Of a stretch of 64,000 nt of DNA, positions 51,786 to 64,000 are shown piece by piece. The translations under genes were made by a program, and so were the position numbers. Numbering within the stretch: the first letter of the stretch is position 1; the number at the start of each line of letters is the position of its first letter. This DNA is from Malacoraja senta. Its lineage: Eukaryota. The notes under the pieces were generated by a model. It was not told the DNA's origin. It saw only the letters and a list, made by a program, of their open reading frames with translations, and made no database searches. Location of the stretch: contig CM075982.1 in NCBI GenBank assembly GCA_038087875.1, positions 14,942,001 through 15,006,000 on the forward strand, read 5' to 3'.

Positions 51786-54700
51786 TGAAGCGAAATCATA
51801 GTTTTTTATTCGCAAAACAAACAGAAACCCGTGACAACTGCGTGCCTAGTCGAGCTTAAGCACACAGCTCCTGTCGCTGGGAGGAGTGTTGATAACTAAA
51901 ACTCCGCGAACGAACCACGGCGGTCACGTGACCGTGCCGACCAAAGATGAGGGTTCTACCTTCCCAGCCCCACCACTAGGTGGCGCTACCGGACCCCGCC
52001 CAGAACCAGAAGAAAGGAAATGAGCAGGAGTCCGAATCCGGCGGCCAGACCGAGTGGAGATAGGCATAACAGGTGCAACCGGCGAAAGCGGGTCGGCCAG
52101 TGGACGACCTCTACGCCGGGGTTGGGCTGCCCCCGAGCCGCAGGAAGGAAATCGCCGGGTACTTTCCGAGGGGAGCCATGAACCAGTTCAGCAGATGAGG
52201 TGTCCAAATCCACCTAAGGTGCCATTCGGATCCCCAGCAACACCCAAGGTAACACATCCACCGGATCTTGGACATCTGGCATGGAATGCAGGCCCTGTCC
52301 CAGGCCCCAACCTGCTTGCGGAGGCCATGCCAGATGAACTTGGCCGCCACCAACGCAGTAGTCGCTCGGATGGAAGGTGCCGCTGTTGGCGAGCGGACCA
52401 GGGGTCGGACACCTTCGTGAACACCCTCCAGGAAATACCGGAAGTGCCGAACTGCCAAATAGAGAGCCAGGAGCTCACGGTTGAAAGCACTGTAGTTCCA
52501 CTCTGGGGGGCGCAGGCGTCGGCTGAAAAAAGCGAGCGGCTGCCAACGACCATCAATAAACTGCTCGAGGACCCCCCCCGACTGCAGTATCAGAAGCATC
52601 GACAGTGAGGGCGGTGGGGACAGCAGCCCGCAGGTGCACGAGTATGGTGGCGTTAGCGAGCGCCTCAGTGGCCCCGCCAAAAGCGGCCGTGGTCTCCGCG
52701 TCCCACACTAGGTCCCGCTGCTTGCCGGCCAGACACTGGAACAAAGGCCACATGACCCGGGCCTTCGCTGGCACAAAACGGTGCTAGAAGTTGATCATCC
52801 TCACAAATTCCTGGAGCCCTTTAATGTTGTGGGGCCGGGGAGACTCCCGAATCGCCTCCACCTTGGCGGGGGTAACATGGAATCTAAACTAAACTGGCAC
52901 TTGGCGGCATTAATGACGAAACCGTGGTACCGGAGGTGCTGGAACAATGCTCCTGCCGGGAGCAGCCGGTGACCAGAATCTCACCCAGATAAATAAATAC
53001 AAAGTCCAACCCCCGGCCAACCTTGTCCATAAGCCACTGAAAAGCATGCGCAGCATTCTTGAGGCCGTACGGCATCCTCAACCACTCAAACAGGCCGAAC
53101 GGGGTAATGATGGCAGTCTTAAGCACATCACCGGGGTGGACGGGGATCTGGTGGCAACCACGCACCAGATCAACCTTCGAGAATATTTTAGCCCCGTCCA
53201 AATGGACCGTGAATTCCTGGATGTGCGGGACTAGGTAGCGGTCAGCGGTCGTGACGGTGTTAAGGCGGCGGTAGTCTCCACAAGGCCTCCACCCGCTGGA
53301 CGACTTGGGACTCATATGGAGTGGGGAAGCCCATGGGCTGCTGGAGCGCCGCACAATACCCATATCCTCCATCCGCTGAAACTCCTCCTTAGTCAAATGC
53401 AGCTTGTCGGGCGGGAGCCTGCGCGCCCATGCGTGAACCGGAGGATGTGATGGACGACACCATGCTTAGGGGCGGCCGAGTGAAACTGAGGGGTCAGGAT
53501 CTCCGGGAAATCGGCCAGAATCGGATCGTACATGTTGTCTGCATCAGACACCGACCCGTGATGCGGGCCGGAGGAAACCGCGGACCACGGTGACGCAAGC
53601 TGGAGGGACCCGGGATGAACGAGGCGCTGGCCCCGGACGTCAACCAGGAGAGAAAAGGCCCGTAAAAAAGCGATGACTAGCAATGGCTGGGAGACGTCCG
53701 CGATAGTAAACGGCCATGAGTAATGGCGAGAGTCGAGAACGAGAGGAAAGGTGCGAGTACCATACGTGCGTATGGGGCAGCCGTTGACAGGTGGGGCTCA
53801 CTTACCAGAACGGGTATCAGCCCCGGACGGAGGTAAGATGCTGAGATCAGCGCCAGAGTCCACTAGAAATCGTAGCCCGGATTGGCGGTCCCAGACGTGG
53901 AGGCAATGTTTCTGGCCGACTGCGATAGCCTCTACTGGCGATCGGCTGAGGCATTTCCCAGACGCTCGCAGGGAGCACGGCATCGGCGGGCCTCCGCACC
54001 CCAACGTTGGTGGCAGTAACACCACTGGCGCTTGCTGTGATCCACGCCGGTCAGCTGCGGCGCGGCGCTGTCGTTCGATGGTGGCAGGGACCGCCGAGGC
54101 CGTTGCAGAGCAGCGGACTCCGGTTGATGGAAACACCATCCTACTGCTTGGCGAGCCGCAGCTCCTCCGCAAGTTCGGCGAGCTGCAGGTGTACGGCGAA
54201 GGAGCACCCGGCGCAGAGCAGGCGGATGTCATCGGGCATCTGCTCCAGGAAAGCCTGCTTCAACATGAGACAAGGCTGGTGGCCGTCCATGCGCGACAGC
54301 ATCTCGCTCATTAACACCGACGGCTTACGATCCCCAAGGCCGTCCATGTGTAAGAGCTGGGCCGCGCGATCGGGCGGCCGAGCCCGAAGGTGCGCAGCAG
54401 CAGCGCCTTGAGATCCTCAAATTTATTGATGGCGGGCGGATTCTGCAGGTAAGGGAGCAAACGGGTGGCAGTGTCCTGGCTGAGCGCACCAACCATGTAG
54501 AATGTAGAGGTGGAATCCTCAACAATCTCGCGGATCTCGAACTGGGCCTCGATGTGTTGAAACCACACATGAGGCTGAACCGCCCAGAAAACGGCAGATC
54601 AAGGGAAACCGCGTTCTGCTGGGCGGGGTAGGCATCGAGGTTTTAGGCGGCGTTCATGTTCAGACCCGAAAAAAGTTTGGATTGTCGGGGTCACCACTGA

Positions 54701-54910
54701 AGCGAGACCAGGCGGGTTGAGTGAAATAGTTTTTTATTCGCAAAAACAAACAGAAACCCGTAAAAAACGCATGAGTAGTCGAGAACACAGTTCCTGTCGC
54801 TGGGAGGAGCGCTGATAACGAAAACCCTGCGAAAGACCCCCCGCGGTCATGTGACCGTGCCGACCAATGATGAGGGTTCTGTCTTCCCAGCCCCACCGCG
54901 TGCTGCGACA
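51786..54910 (-). mobile_element. Duplicated copy of the same Gypsy insertion (LTRs 51786-~51990 and 54698-54910) with a ~410-bp integrase-core deletion at ~52261
   Basis: Same flanks and TSD, and the same shared lesions, as 36425-39960. Confidence 0.95.
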
Positions 54911-56382
54911 GTTATTTGTAAAACAGGTGCCGCGACAGTTATTTGTAAAACTGATCACAAAGCAGAGAGGTTTACATTCTCATGTGTAGGAAGTAATTGC
55001 AGATGCTGGTTTCCACCAAAATAGACACAAAATGCTGGAGTTACTCAGTGAGACAGGCAACATCTCTTGATAGAGGTTTACACAAAACATAGACACAAAT
55101 GTCTTATCCAGAGATGTTGCCTGTCCCACTGAGTTACTCCAGCATTTTCTATCTTCAGCTTACATTCTCAGTTGGGTTCATAAATGTCCTTTGGCAAAAG
55201 AGATTGGCTTTGACTCATTTGCCGCCGAATGGTTGACCTGGTTTGACTTCAGTGACTCTAGTCCCAAAATGACAGACTGCGACGACCTTAGTAAACAACC
55301 TTTCATACTTGAGCAACATGAGGATGCGCAACATTTTCCTGCCATGGTCACCTGCAAACTGAGTTGATGTTTGGGAGGTGTCAGATTAGAATTTTGCTGC
55401 AAATGTTCAGGCAGATGATACAAGAGAAAATGTGGCAACACCATTGGATTATTGGATCATGGAATAAGAGGGATGGCAAATTACTGAAGACTTGTAGTAA
55501 ATACCATACACCGAGGTATGGAGACCTTGAAACCTGCTGGCAAACAAAATGTATAAAGCTTGAGAATTAAGAATGTGAAAAGACTTGATAAAGACAGGTG
55601 TGAAGTATCAGCGAGGTCCTATTTGCTACGTTGCATAGACCAGAAACTACTGAGGAAGAGTATTTTTAATTCATTCTCGGATGTGGACATTATTGGTCAT
55701 TCCAGTTGTTATAGCCAGCTCTTATTCCCACTCTTTTGAACCATCGGTACTGTTTATTGGAGGCTTCCAGGATTATTACACAAGGCAGTGGAGGAACAGG
55801 TGCATTGGGAGAACAACTTGGAGGTGTTCCCAGTCACTTGCAGGTAGAGCAAATAACAGAGCCTTGTGATACTCTGCAGGGTAGCTTCGTAGGTAGTTCA
55901 CATAGTGACCTTGCAGGTGGGGAGAATTAGGTTGGCAGGTAGTGTTGGCAAAATAGTGTATCTGCCATGGTGTGGTCAGTAGCGTTTTCGTCTCTGATCC
56001 GAAGATTTAATGTTCAAGTTCCACAACGATGTTGTTCCTCACAAATTGAGATGGATGGCGAAGTTCAGCCCCAAAGGCAGGCTGCACCGCAGTAACTGTG
56101 ATATTTCAGACAAGATTTTAAACATACAAGATACTATGGTGCGGGTTCAGAGAAGGCAGGGATTATATCCATTTTAAATTTATTTTCGCTAGTGTTGAGC
56201 TTTTCGAGTGTTGCTGGGGCTTTTCACTATGGTGATCCAGTTAGGTCATTGATCAATTGTGATGTCCAAGATATTGATCCTGCGGAACGTGAACCTCCAA
56301 GATATTGGTGCTGAAGAACTTGAACAGATGATTTGCTGGCGATTGGGTTATTTGCAGATGAGACAAGGAATGAAGATACAAG

Positions 56383-57259
56383 GAATATAGAAACATAGAA
56401 ACATATAAAATAGATGCAATAGTAGGCCATTCAGCCCTTCAAGCCAGCACCGCCATTCAATATGATTGTGGCTGATCATCCAAAATCTGTACTCCATTCC
56501 TGCTTTTTCCCCATATTCCTTGATTCCTTTAGCCCTAAGATCTAAACCTAACCCTCTCTTGAAAACACCCAATGAATTGGCCTCCACTGCCTACTGTGGC
56601 AGAGAATTCCACAGATTTATAACTCTCTGGGAGAAAAGATTTTCCTCATCTCAGTCCTAAATGGCCTACACCTTATTCTTAAACCGTGACCCCTAGTTCT
56701 GGACTCCCCCAACGTTGGGAAATTTTTTCCTGCATCTTGCCTGTCCAATCCCTTAAGAATTGTATATGTTTTTATCAGATTCCCTCTCATCCTTCTAAAC
56801 ACCAGTGAATACAAGCCCAGTCGACCCATTCTTTCATCATATGTCAGTCCTGCCTTTCCGGGAACTTACCTGGTGAACCTACACTGCACCTCCTCAAGAA
56901 TTTCCTTCCTCAAATTAGGAGACCAAAACTGCACACAGTACTCCAGGTGCGGTCTCACCAGGGCCCTGTACAACTGCAGTAGGACCTCCTTGCTCCTATA
57001 CTCAAATCCTCTCACTGTGAAGCCCAGCATGCCATTAGCTTTCTTCACTGCCTGCTGTACCTGCATGCTTACTTTCAGTGACCGATGTACAAGGACACAC
57101 AGGTCTCGTTGGACCTCTCATTTTCCTAATCTGACACCATTCAGATAAAAATCTGCCTTCTTATTTTTGCCACCAAAGTGGATAACCTCACATTTATCCA
57201 CATTATACTGCATCTGCCATGCATCTGCCCACTCACCCAACCTATCCAAGTCACCCTGC
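56383..57259 (-). mobile_element. CR1 LINE fragment at the U2/U3 junction
   Basis: LYRALVRPHLEYCVQFWSP...RLGLYSL...ESRTRGH; (atagaaac)n tail. Confidence 0.9.
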
Positions 57260-59869
57260 AGTTGTGGGAAGAAAATTCATGGAAACTGTCTAAATTTCTC
57301 ATTTAGCTATGATTTCTGTTTAAAGAGTTGATAAAATAGCAACATCTCATGTGACCCAATATAAATTGTGTGTTTATTTGCTAACTATGGCGCATTGAAA
57401 ATGTATTTTGGAGTCCTCAGACTTGATTTAAACACTTTTTGCCAGCTTCTGAATTGTTCTGTAGATCAATACATTATGAAGAATACATGCTGACATATCA
57501 GTAAATGATCTACTTTAAAAAACCCAGCAGGTTTATGCCATCTGGCTGTAATTTAATAATGAAGGTGAAAGGGAGATGGGAGACATGAAAGCAAATATGC
57601 ATTCTACTTTGGTCTTGGCTCCTCAGAAGTTCCGTGTTTCTTCCTGGTGGTACTCCTGTGAAAGGGATAGAAATGGGCAAGAAAAAAGAAAAGCAGACAA
57701 ATACAGAAACAGGGAATGAAGATTAGTTTACAAAAGATGAAGAAAGACAGTGGGAAAGAGAGCATCAACTTAACATTGGGGTCAAGGAAAGACCTTGCAC
57801 GTCGCGGGCCTGTTTCCACCAATCTTTCCACCACCACGCACAAGAAGCGCAAGACAGACACCATTGTATGCAGATGCAAGGTAGTGTGTTCAGCTCTGGC
57901 TGAATGACTTCTAATCTTATGTGTGGAAGTGATAAGATGAAGAAGAACCTAACATTAGAGTTGTTGGAAATCAGAATAATGAGCAATTGTCTGTTGGGCG
58001 TTCTATTGTGGTTTGGAAATATTTGGGAGATGAAGGATAACCAGGGTTTATCGAGTTTGCACCATTGGGTGGGTTGAGTCAAGAGGTTCGTGACCAAGAG
58101 GGAGGAGGATAACTGGTGAGTGGGAGTACTCTAGCAGATATTCTGCAGGGTTTCAGGAAGACAGATCATCACCACCTTCTCGTGGACATTTTGGGATGGA
58201 CAGTAAATGCTGGTCTTGCTAATGCTGGGCAGATCCTGAAAATGGTTGAAATATGGGGATAAGGGCGACAATATCAAGAACGTAGTTTTCAATCCACCTC
58301 ATTAAATTTGGAATCCCAAAGGCTTGCATAGACAGTGAAGCATTTCTCAAATTGGCAGGGTTTAACATACTCATTGCCAAGATTTTTCCAAGACATGATG
58401 GAGCAAACTGAATTGAAGATAAAGGTTGACTGGTCAATTTTTGCATTGTTCCAAAGAAATGCTGTCGCTGTTGTGCAAGTAAACACAGTAGCAAATGGCA
58501 ACTGTGGCAGATTTCTTCTTGTCGGCTTTACTTTAATATCGGCCAAGTAAAGTAGTTAGATTTAAGGTCTCATCTGAAGGAAAGCACCATTATCAGTAGA
58601 GGATTCACTCTCTTGTTCCCAGCTGTTGGGCAAGATTATCCACTTGGGAATCTAGAATGGGATTTGAACCACATCCTTGAGTCTGAGGGGAGAATTTTTT
58701 CTCTCTATTATAGGAAAGTGTGGGAACTGTGTTGATGAGAGTAGATCAGATAGGAACATTTGGGTGCAGACAAAGTTGAAGTGATTTGTTGGAGAGAAAA
58801 ATGAATCCACAGGAGACTGGGTTAGCAGTCCAAATGCAACCATGGACCTTTAGACATGACAATACTGTGGCTATTTGGAGCAGCAGGTTATATTAGAAAA
58901 CATCAAGAAATTTACACCTAATATTGCATTGGATTTATTAATTCAAGTTGAGTTTGCGATGGATTTCCCATCTTTGATTTGAATGATTGGCCTGGTTAGC
59001 AAATTTATGAGGATAACGACAACGCACATTTATGTTCCTTTCAGCCAGTAGCACAAACAACCACCACATCTTAGTTTCACATGTCTATCTGTGCTCCTGT
59101 TCATTGACTTTATTTTCTCACGCATTGAACTGATGTCCAAACCATTGCAATGTTTGGTAACACTGATCTTCCAGCTTTCCACTGTCTTCCTGATGCATTA
59201 ATGAAGCTTTTTCTTCTCACCTTCTGAAACTGTCAGGTTCCCATTCTCGTAGTAAATTGGTTTAATAGAGTGCACTGGCAAGAACTCTATTGCGATTATT
59301 TTTTTTTTTAATAAACCACCTGTCTTTTTGATTCCTTATCTGATTGCCATTTTTCTCTCACTCTCTCTTCCTTCCTTCCAGTTTTCATACTTAAGTGAAT
59401 GGATTGTCAACAACGGTGTTAGATTCAATATTTTTATTTGTATAGATAGATACATTCATCGGAGCAACGATAAAAGAGGATCAGGATATGACAAAGCAAA
59501 ACAATTCTTGCTGAAAAGTTTCAAGTGCATTAAATGCTTATTTCAGAGACATTTTTAGGGAAGCATAATACGATCATTCACTTTTGAACTTAGCTAAAAA
59601 CAACGGCAAGCATTTGTAGCCTTTAAATTAGTAAAAGAATGGCCTGCTAGTCTGTTTTTGACATTAGTTAGAGAATGATGCTGTCCATTCCTCTGCCTGA
59701 TCCATGGCATTAGTAATGTTGAGCCTGAACCATTGGACAGGTCATCTAGCCTAAAGTTTGACATTTGCCTTGAAGTGCAAATGAAAACACAGCTAATACT
59801 GCACAAAATGCAGTATTTTGAGTTAACTTTGGCCTAATAACAGCATATTCTAAATCTTTGGATCAATGA

Positions 59870-60876
59870 TCACACTCTTGACTCACTGCTGGATTGGGTG
59901 CTGCTGGCAGCTATTGGCAGCTTGTTACAACAGGCCACACCTTTGATGGCATTAATGAGCTTTGAACGATATTTGGTGCCAGCATAAAAATACACAAAAG
60001 GATCCAGAACATTATTGGCGTAAAGGGCAAGAACGCAACAGTAGTAAACCATTCTGATTTGTTGGTGATTTTTGCAGCTCTTGACACTCAAAACGGTCAT
60101 AATTAAATGTGTTACGTTTATAGGAAGAAAGCATATTACAAAGATGCACAATATCACCATCATATACTGACAGCATGTCGGCCTTTTTCTGAATGAACAG
60201 TTAATGTCAAATTGGCCAATTTCCTTTGAATAAGTAAAGTTGACACCAGCAAGGATATAAATGGAATTCCAAAGGTCAGAATAAACAACATAATAGTAGA
60301 AGTGAGTATATCTTTCTCTACATTTGGTTGATTGAAGCTCATACAATGTATTTTTCCATTCATTTCAAAAACATTGACTCTATAAAAATACGGAAATGCG
60401 AATCAAACCAGCTAACAACCAGATCAAGACACAAATGACAATGGTACATTTCTTTGTAACCCTGCTTTTGCGAGTGGATAGGCTTGATGATCACGTAACA
60501 TCGATAATTGCTGATGCATGTCAGGAAGAAGACACTTGCCAACGGTGCAATACATCATGAATGTTTGGAGTTTGCACACAAAGTTTCCAAATATCCAATA
60601 ATTGTTGTTGCTGTGGTAAATTATTACGAGAGGATAGGTGAGTGTGAAAAGCAAGTCGCCCATGCACAGATTCACCATCAAAATGTCAATTGGGGTCTTT
60701 TTCTTCACGTGCGAGCAAAATATCCATAGGGCCAGACTGTTGAAGCTTGCAGCTAAAATGAAGAAGATTGTAAGGGTCGGAGGCATCATTCTTGTGAGGA
60801 ACTGTTCATCCAGCAAACATGTTCTATTCATTGTGGCTATGACTGATGAATTGCCTGTTTCTTCAGTAGGAGCCAT
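59870..60876 (-). pseudogene. P2Y-like GPCR copy A3 with four indels (-2 at ~60541, +1 at ~60466, +1 at ~60404, -1 at ~60163)
   Basis: Alignment to A2; 1007 vs 1008 nt agrees with net -1; premature stop at 60424. Confidence 0.88.
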
Positions 60877-63256
60877 CTATGACGAAGAAGAAGAATCAAA
60901 AATATAATTTAAATTGACCAACCATTCTCTAGCATTGCGTGACGTTTTGGTGATGAGCAAAGAGTGCTGTAGAACATTGGATAATGGCTGCAGACCTGCT
61001 TTACTATAATACTTTGCACTTGGTCTGTTTCACACTGGCTTAAGTGGAGCTTCATCAGTTAATAAAATGAGACAAAGAGCCGTTAAAGTGTGTTTTTGAA
61101 TTCATTCCTGTAAATTTAAAGCTGTGATGGTCCCACTGATAAGTCTTGGAATCAAGGACTTCTGTACATTGTGTCCTCTTCCATTTTGTTCACTGCCATC
61201 CCATTCTCCAACCCCCACCCCACGCACACACCTGCTTCCTATCACTCATAGCCTATCCCCTGAATCTCCACCCCTCTGCGTTTGATTTTGGTTGGGACTT
61301 AGCAAATTCCTTTTGAAAAATGAAGCACACAGAGTGGCGCAGCTGGGAGAGCTGCTGTCTTACAGCACCAGAGACCCAGGTTCGATCCTGACCACGGGTG
61401 CTGTCTGTGTGAATTTTGCACGTTCTTCTTGTGACCACATGGGTTTCCTCCAAGTGCTCCAGTTTCCTCCCACGTCCCAAAGACATGCTGATTAATTTGG
61501 TTAAGGTTAATTGGCCTCTGCAAATTATGCCCTACATCATAAGGTTATAAGGTCATATGATAGGATCAGAATTAGGCCATTCGGCCCATCAAGCCTACTC
61601 TGCCATCCTCAGATATGGTGCCCAAAATTGCTCATGTGTAGGGAATGGATGCGAAAGTGGGATAACATAGAACTAGTGCGATTGGGGAAATTAATGGTCA
61701 GCAGGGCATCTCTGAAGATCATGGATAGGTGACGTTTCAGATCAGGACACTCTTCAGACTAAGGAAGGGTCCCAACCTGAAATATCACTTATCCATGTTC
61801 TCCAGAGATGATACATGACCTGCTGAGTTACTCCAACATTTTGTGACAATATGGTACTTGGAATCCCAAAGCCGATAGTTTAATCTGAACTCTGTTATGG
61901 GAGATCACTAGTTGGAAAGAGAAACCGAGCAAAGCCTCTTCATAACACCCTGACCTTCCACCTCCCCAACCCCATCCCACATTCTTGCCTCAGTTGAGAC
62001 AGAGTTTGGCGGTCCCTCACTGGCCCCATCAGTCACTCTTGAACACAGGAAAGCAGAGTGGAAGCAGTGGTTGTCTTCCCCCAAGCTACTGCTAAAGGAA
62101 AAAAATAGTGTTCCCTACGATAGATTTATAAAAAGTATTTTTATCTGTTTTACAAATATGAGGATGTTAACGGGTTCAGAAGGCTTGATGAGAAGGAGGG
62201 GGTGGATAAGCATGGTAATTTCCCCCTGGTGTGCATGAGACTGAGAGGTCTGTAATAATTACAAAGGGGATAGTAGATAAGTTGAATAGTCACGGTCTTT
62301 TGGGGGAGTTTAAAAGTAGAGGGCACAGATTGAAGGTGAGAGGGGGGAAGATTTTAAAAAGACAGTGGCAATTTTTCACTCAGAGGGTGGTGAAGCGAAC
62401 TGCCAGGAAAAGGGGTATTATGATAATAATAATAATAATAATAATAAATACTTTATTAATCCCCTTTTCAGGGGAAATTCAGATAATTAAAAGACAAGAC
62501 ACAAGAGAATGCAGATGATGGAATCTTGAGAAAATAACAAGTTGATGGATGAACTCAGGTCAGTCAGCTTCTATGCGGGGAAATGGACATAATGACATTC
62601 CTGGTTGGGACCCTTCTCCAGTTACGTAAAAGACACTTGGATAGGTACATGGATAGGAAAGTTTTGGAGGGATATGGGTCAGGCGCAGGTAAGTGGGACT
62701 ACTCAGTTAGGCAACCTGGTCAGTATGCACGGGTTGGTCCAAAGCGCCTGTTTTCATGCTGTATACCTCTATGACCCTACTCATTGGGCTTGGAGATTGC
62801 AACCTTCACGTGATACGCCCTGTTTCGACGAATGCAATCAACCTGGCGTGCACAATCAAATAAGATCAAATAGAACAACTTTAGGCTGTGCACGCCATAC
62901 ACAAGAAGAAGACCCTACTCATTAAGTGATCAGAAGTTTAGAAAAGGAGATGATTGCTTACCAGTCTGCCTTGACGTCCCAGTGCAGCCGCGACAGTGCT
63001 CAGCAAGAATATCTATTGAAACTCGTTTCACAACTCTTACTATTCCTTATGTAGATGGTGAAACTTAAGGAGGCCCAAAATTGGGAACATAATTCAACAT
63101 CCTACATGTCTGAAAGTTACCAAATGTTTTGTTTTTAAATCAGGAAATTAGCTAACTCAAGTTACTGAAAGACGAAAGGAAAGATGATTTTATAAATAGT
63201 TTGATTTGTTTGTCAACTCTTCCAGTTTTACATTACTTTGCAATAAATAATAGTCA

Positions 63257-63478
63257 TGAAGGGAGACCAGGCGGGTTGAGTGAAATAGTTTTTTATTCGC
63301 AAAAACAAACATAAACCCGTAAAAAACGCATGCCTAATCGAGCTTAAGATCACAGATCCTGTCGCTGGGGGGAGCGCTGATAACTAAAAATCTGCGAACG
63401 AACCCCCGCGGTCACGTGACCATGCCGACCAACGACGAGGGTTCTGACTTCCCAGCCCCACCACTTGGTGCCGCGACA
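63257..63478 (-). mobile_element. Solo LTR of the same Gypsy insertion
   Basis: TG...CA, 222 bp, perfect gtca TSD (63253-63256 and 63479-63482), same flanking sequence. Confidence 0.92.
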
Positions 63479-64000
63479 GTCATTTGTAAATGATCACAAA
63501 GCTGAGAGGTTTACATTCTCATGTGTAGGACGTAATGGCAGATGCTGGTTTACACCAAGATAGAAACAAAATGCTGGAGTTACTTAGTTAGACAGGCAAC
63601 ATCTCTGGATAGAGGTTTACACAAAAGATAATAAATGTCTTATCCAGAGATGTTGCACTGAGTTACTCCAGCATTTTCTGTCTATCTTCAGCTTACATTC
63701 TCAGTTGGGTTCATAAATGTCCTTTGGCAAAAGAGATTGGCTTTGACTCATTTACCGCCTAATGGTTGACCTGGTTTGACTTCAGTGACTCTAGTCCCAA
63801 AATGGCAGACTGTGACGACCTTCGTAAACGACCTTTCATACTTGAGCAACATGAGGATGCGCAACATTTTCCTGCCATGGTCACCTGCAAACTGAGTTGA
63901 TGTTTGGGAGGTGTCAGACTAGAATTTTGCTGCAAACGTTCAGGTAGATGATACAAGAGAAAATGTGGCAACACCATTGGATTATTGGATCATGGAATAA

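Larger units (their letters stand above)
41964..57259. repeat. Tandem segmental duplication unit U2 (A2 + B2 + Gypsy + CR1)
   Basis: Collinear and highly similar to U1 and U3. Confidence 0.9.
57260..64000. repeat. Tandem segmental duplication unit U3 (A3 + solo LTR), runs off the window
   Basis: Collinear with U1 and U2. Confidence 0.9.

Overview
Vertebrate genomic DNA, most likely from a cartilaginous fish such as a skate or ray. This taxon is inferred only from the CR1/SINE/Penelope-type repeat repertoire. Bases 1-~24.5 kb hold the 3' part of DNA ligase III (LIG3, + strand). Sixteen coding exons splice in frame from the DNA-binding domain through the KYDGER catalytic exon and OB-fold to the C-terminal BRCT exon (stop at 23317); two linker exons among them are less certain. 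Immediately downstream and tail-to-tail is a nested tandem array: ~15-17 kb units start at 24676, 41964 and 57260, and the two complete units each contain an older A/B sub-duplication. The array carries five copies of a single-coding-exon, P2Y-like (delta-group class A) GPCR on the - strand: two intact, one with a single in-frame TAA followed directly by ATG, one 5'-truncated and one multiply frameshifted. The receptors lack most of the cationic residues P2Y1 uses to bind nucleotides. Their differences concentrate in TM3, ECL2/TM5 and the top of TM6, and they have three frameshift-derived C-tails. This is the best candidate for an undescribed system: an orphan receptor family under birth-and-death evolution. 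One paralogous site upstream of the receptors occurs empty (x2), with a two-LTR Ty3/Gypsy element (x2, tRNA-Trp PBS) and with a solo LTR (x1). All alignments were made by eye; no database search was run.
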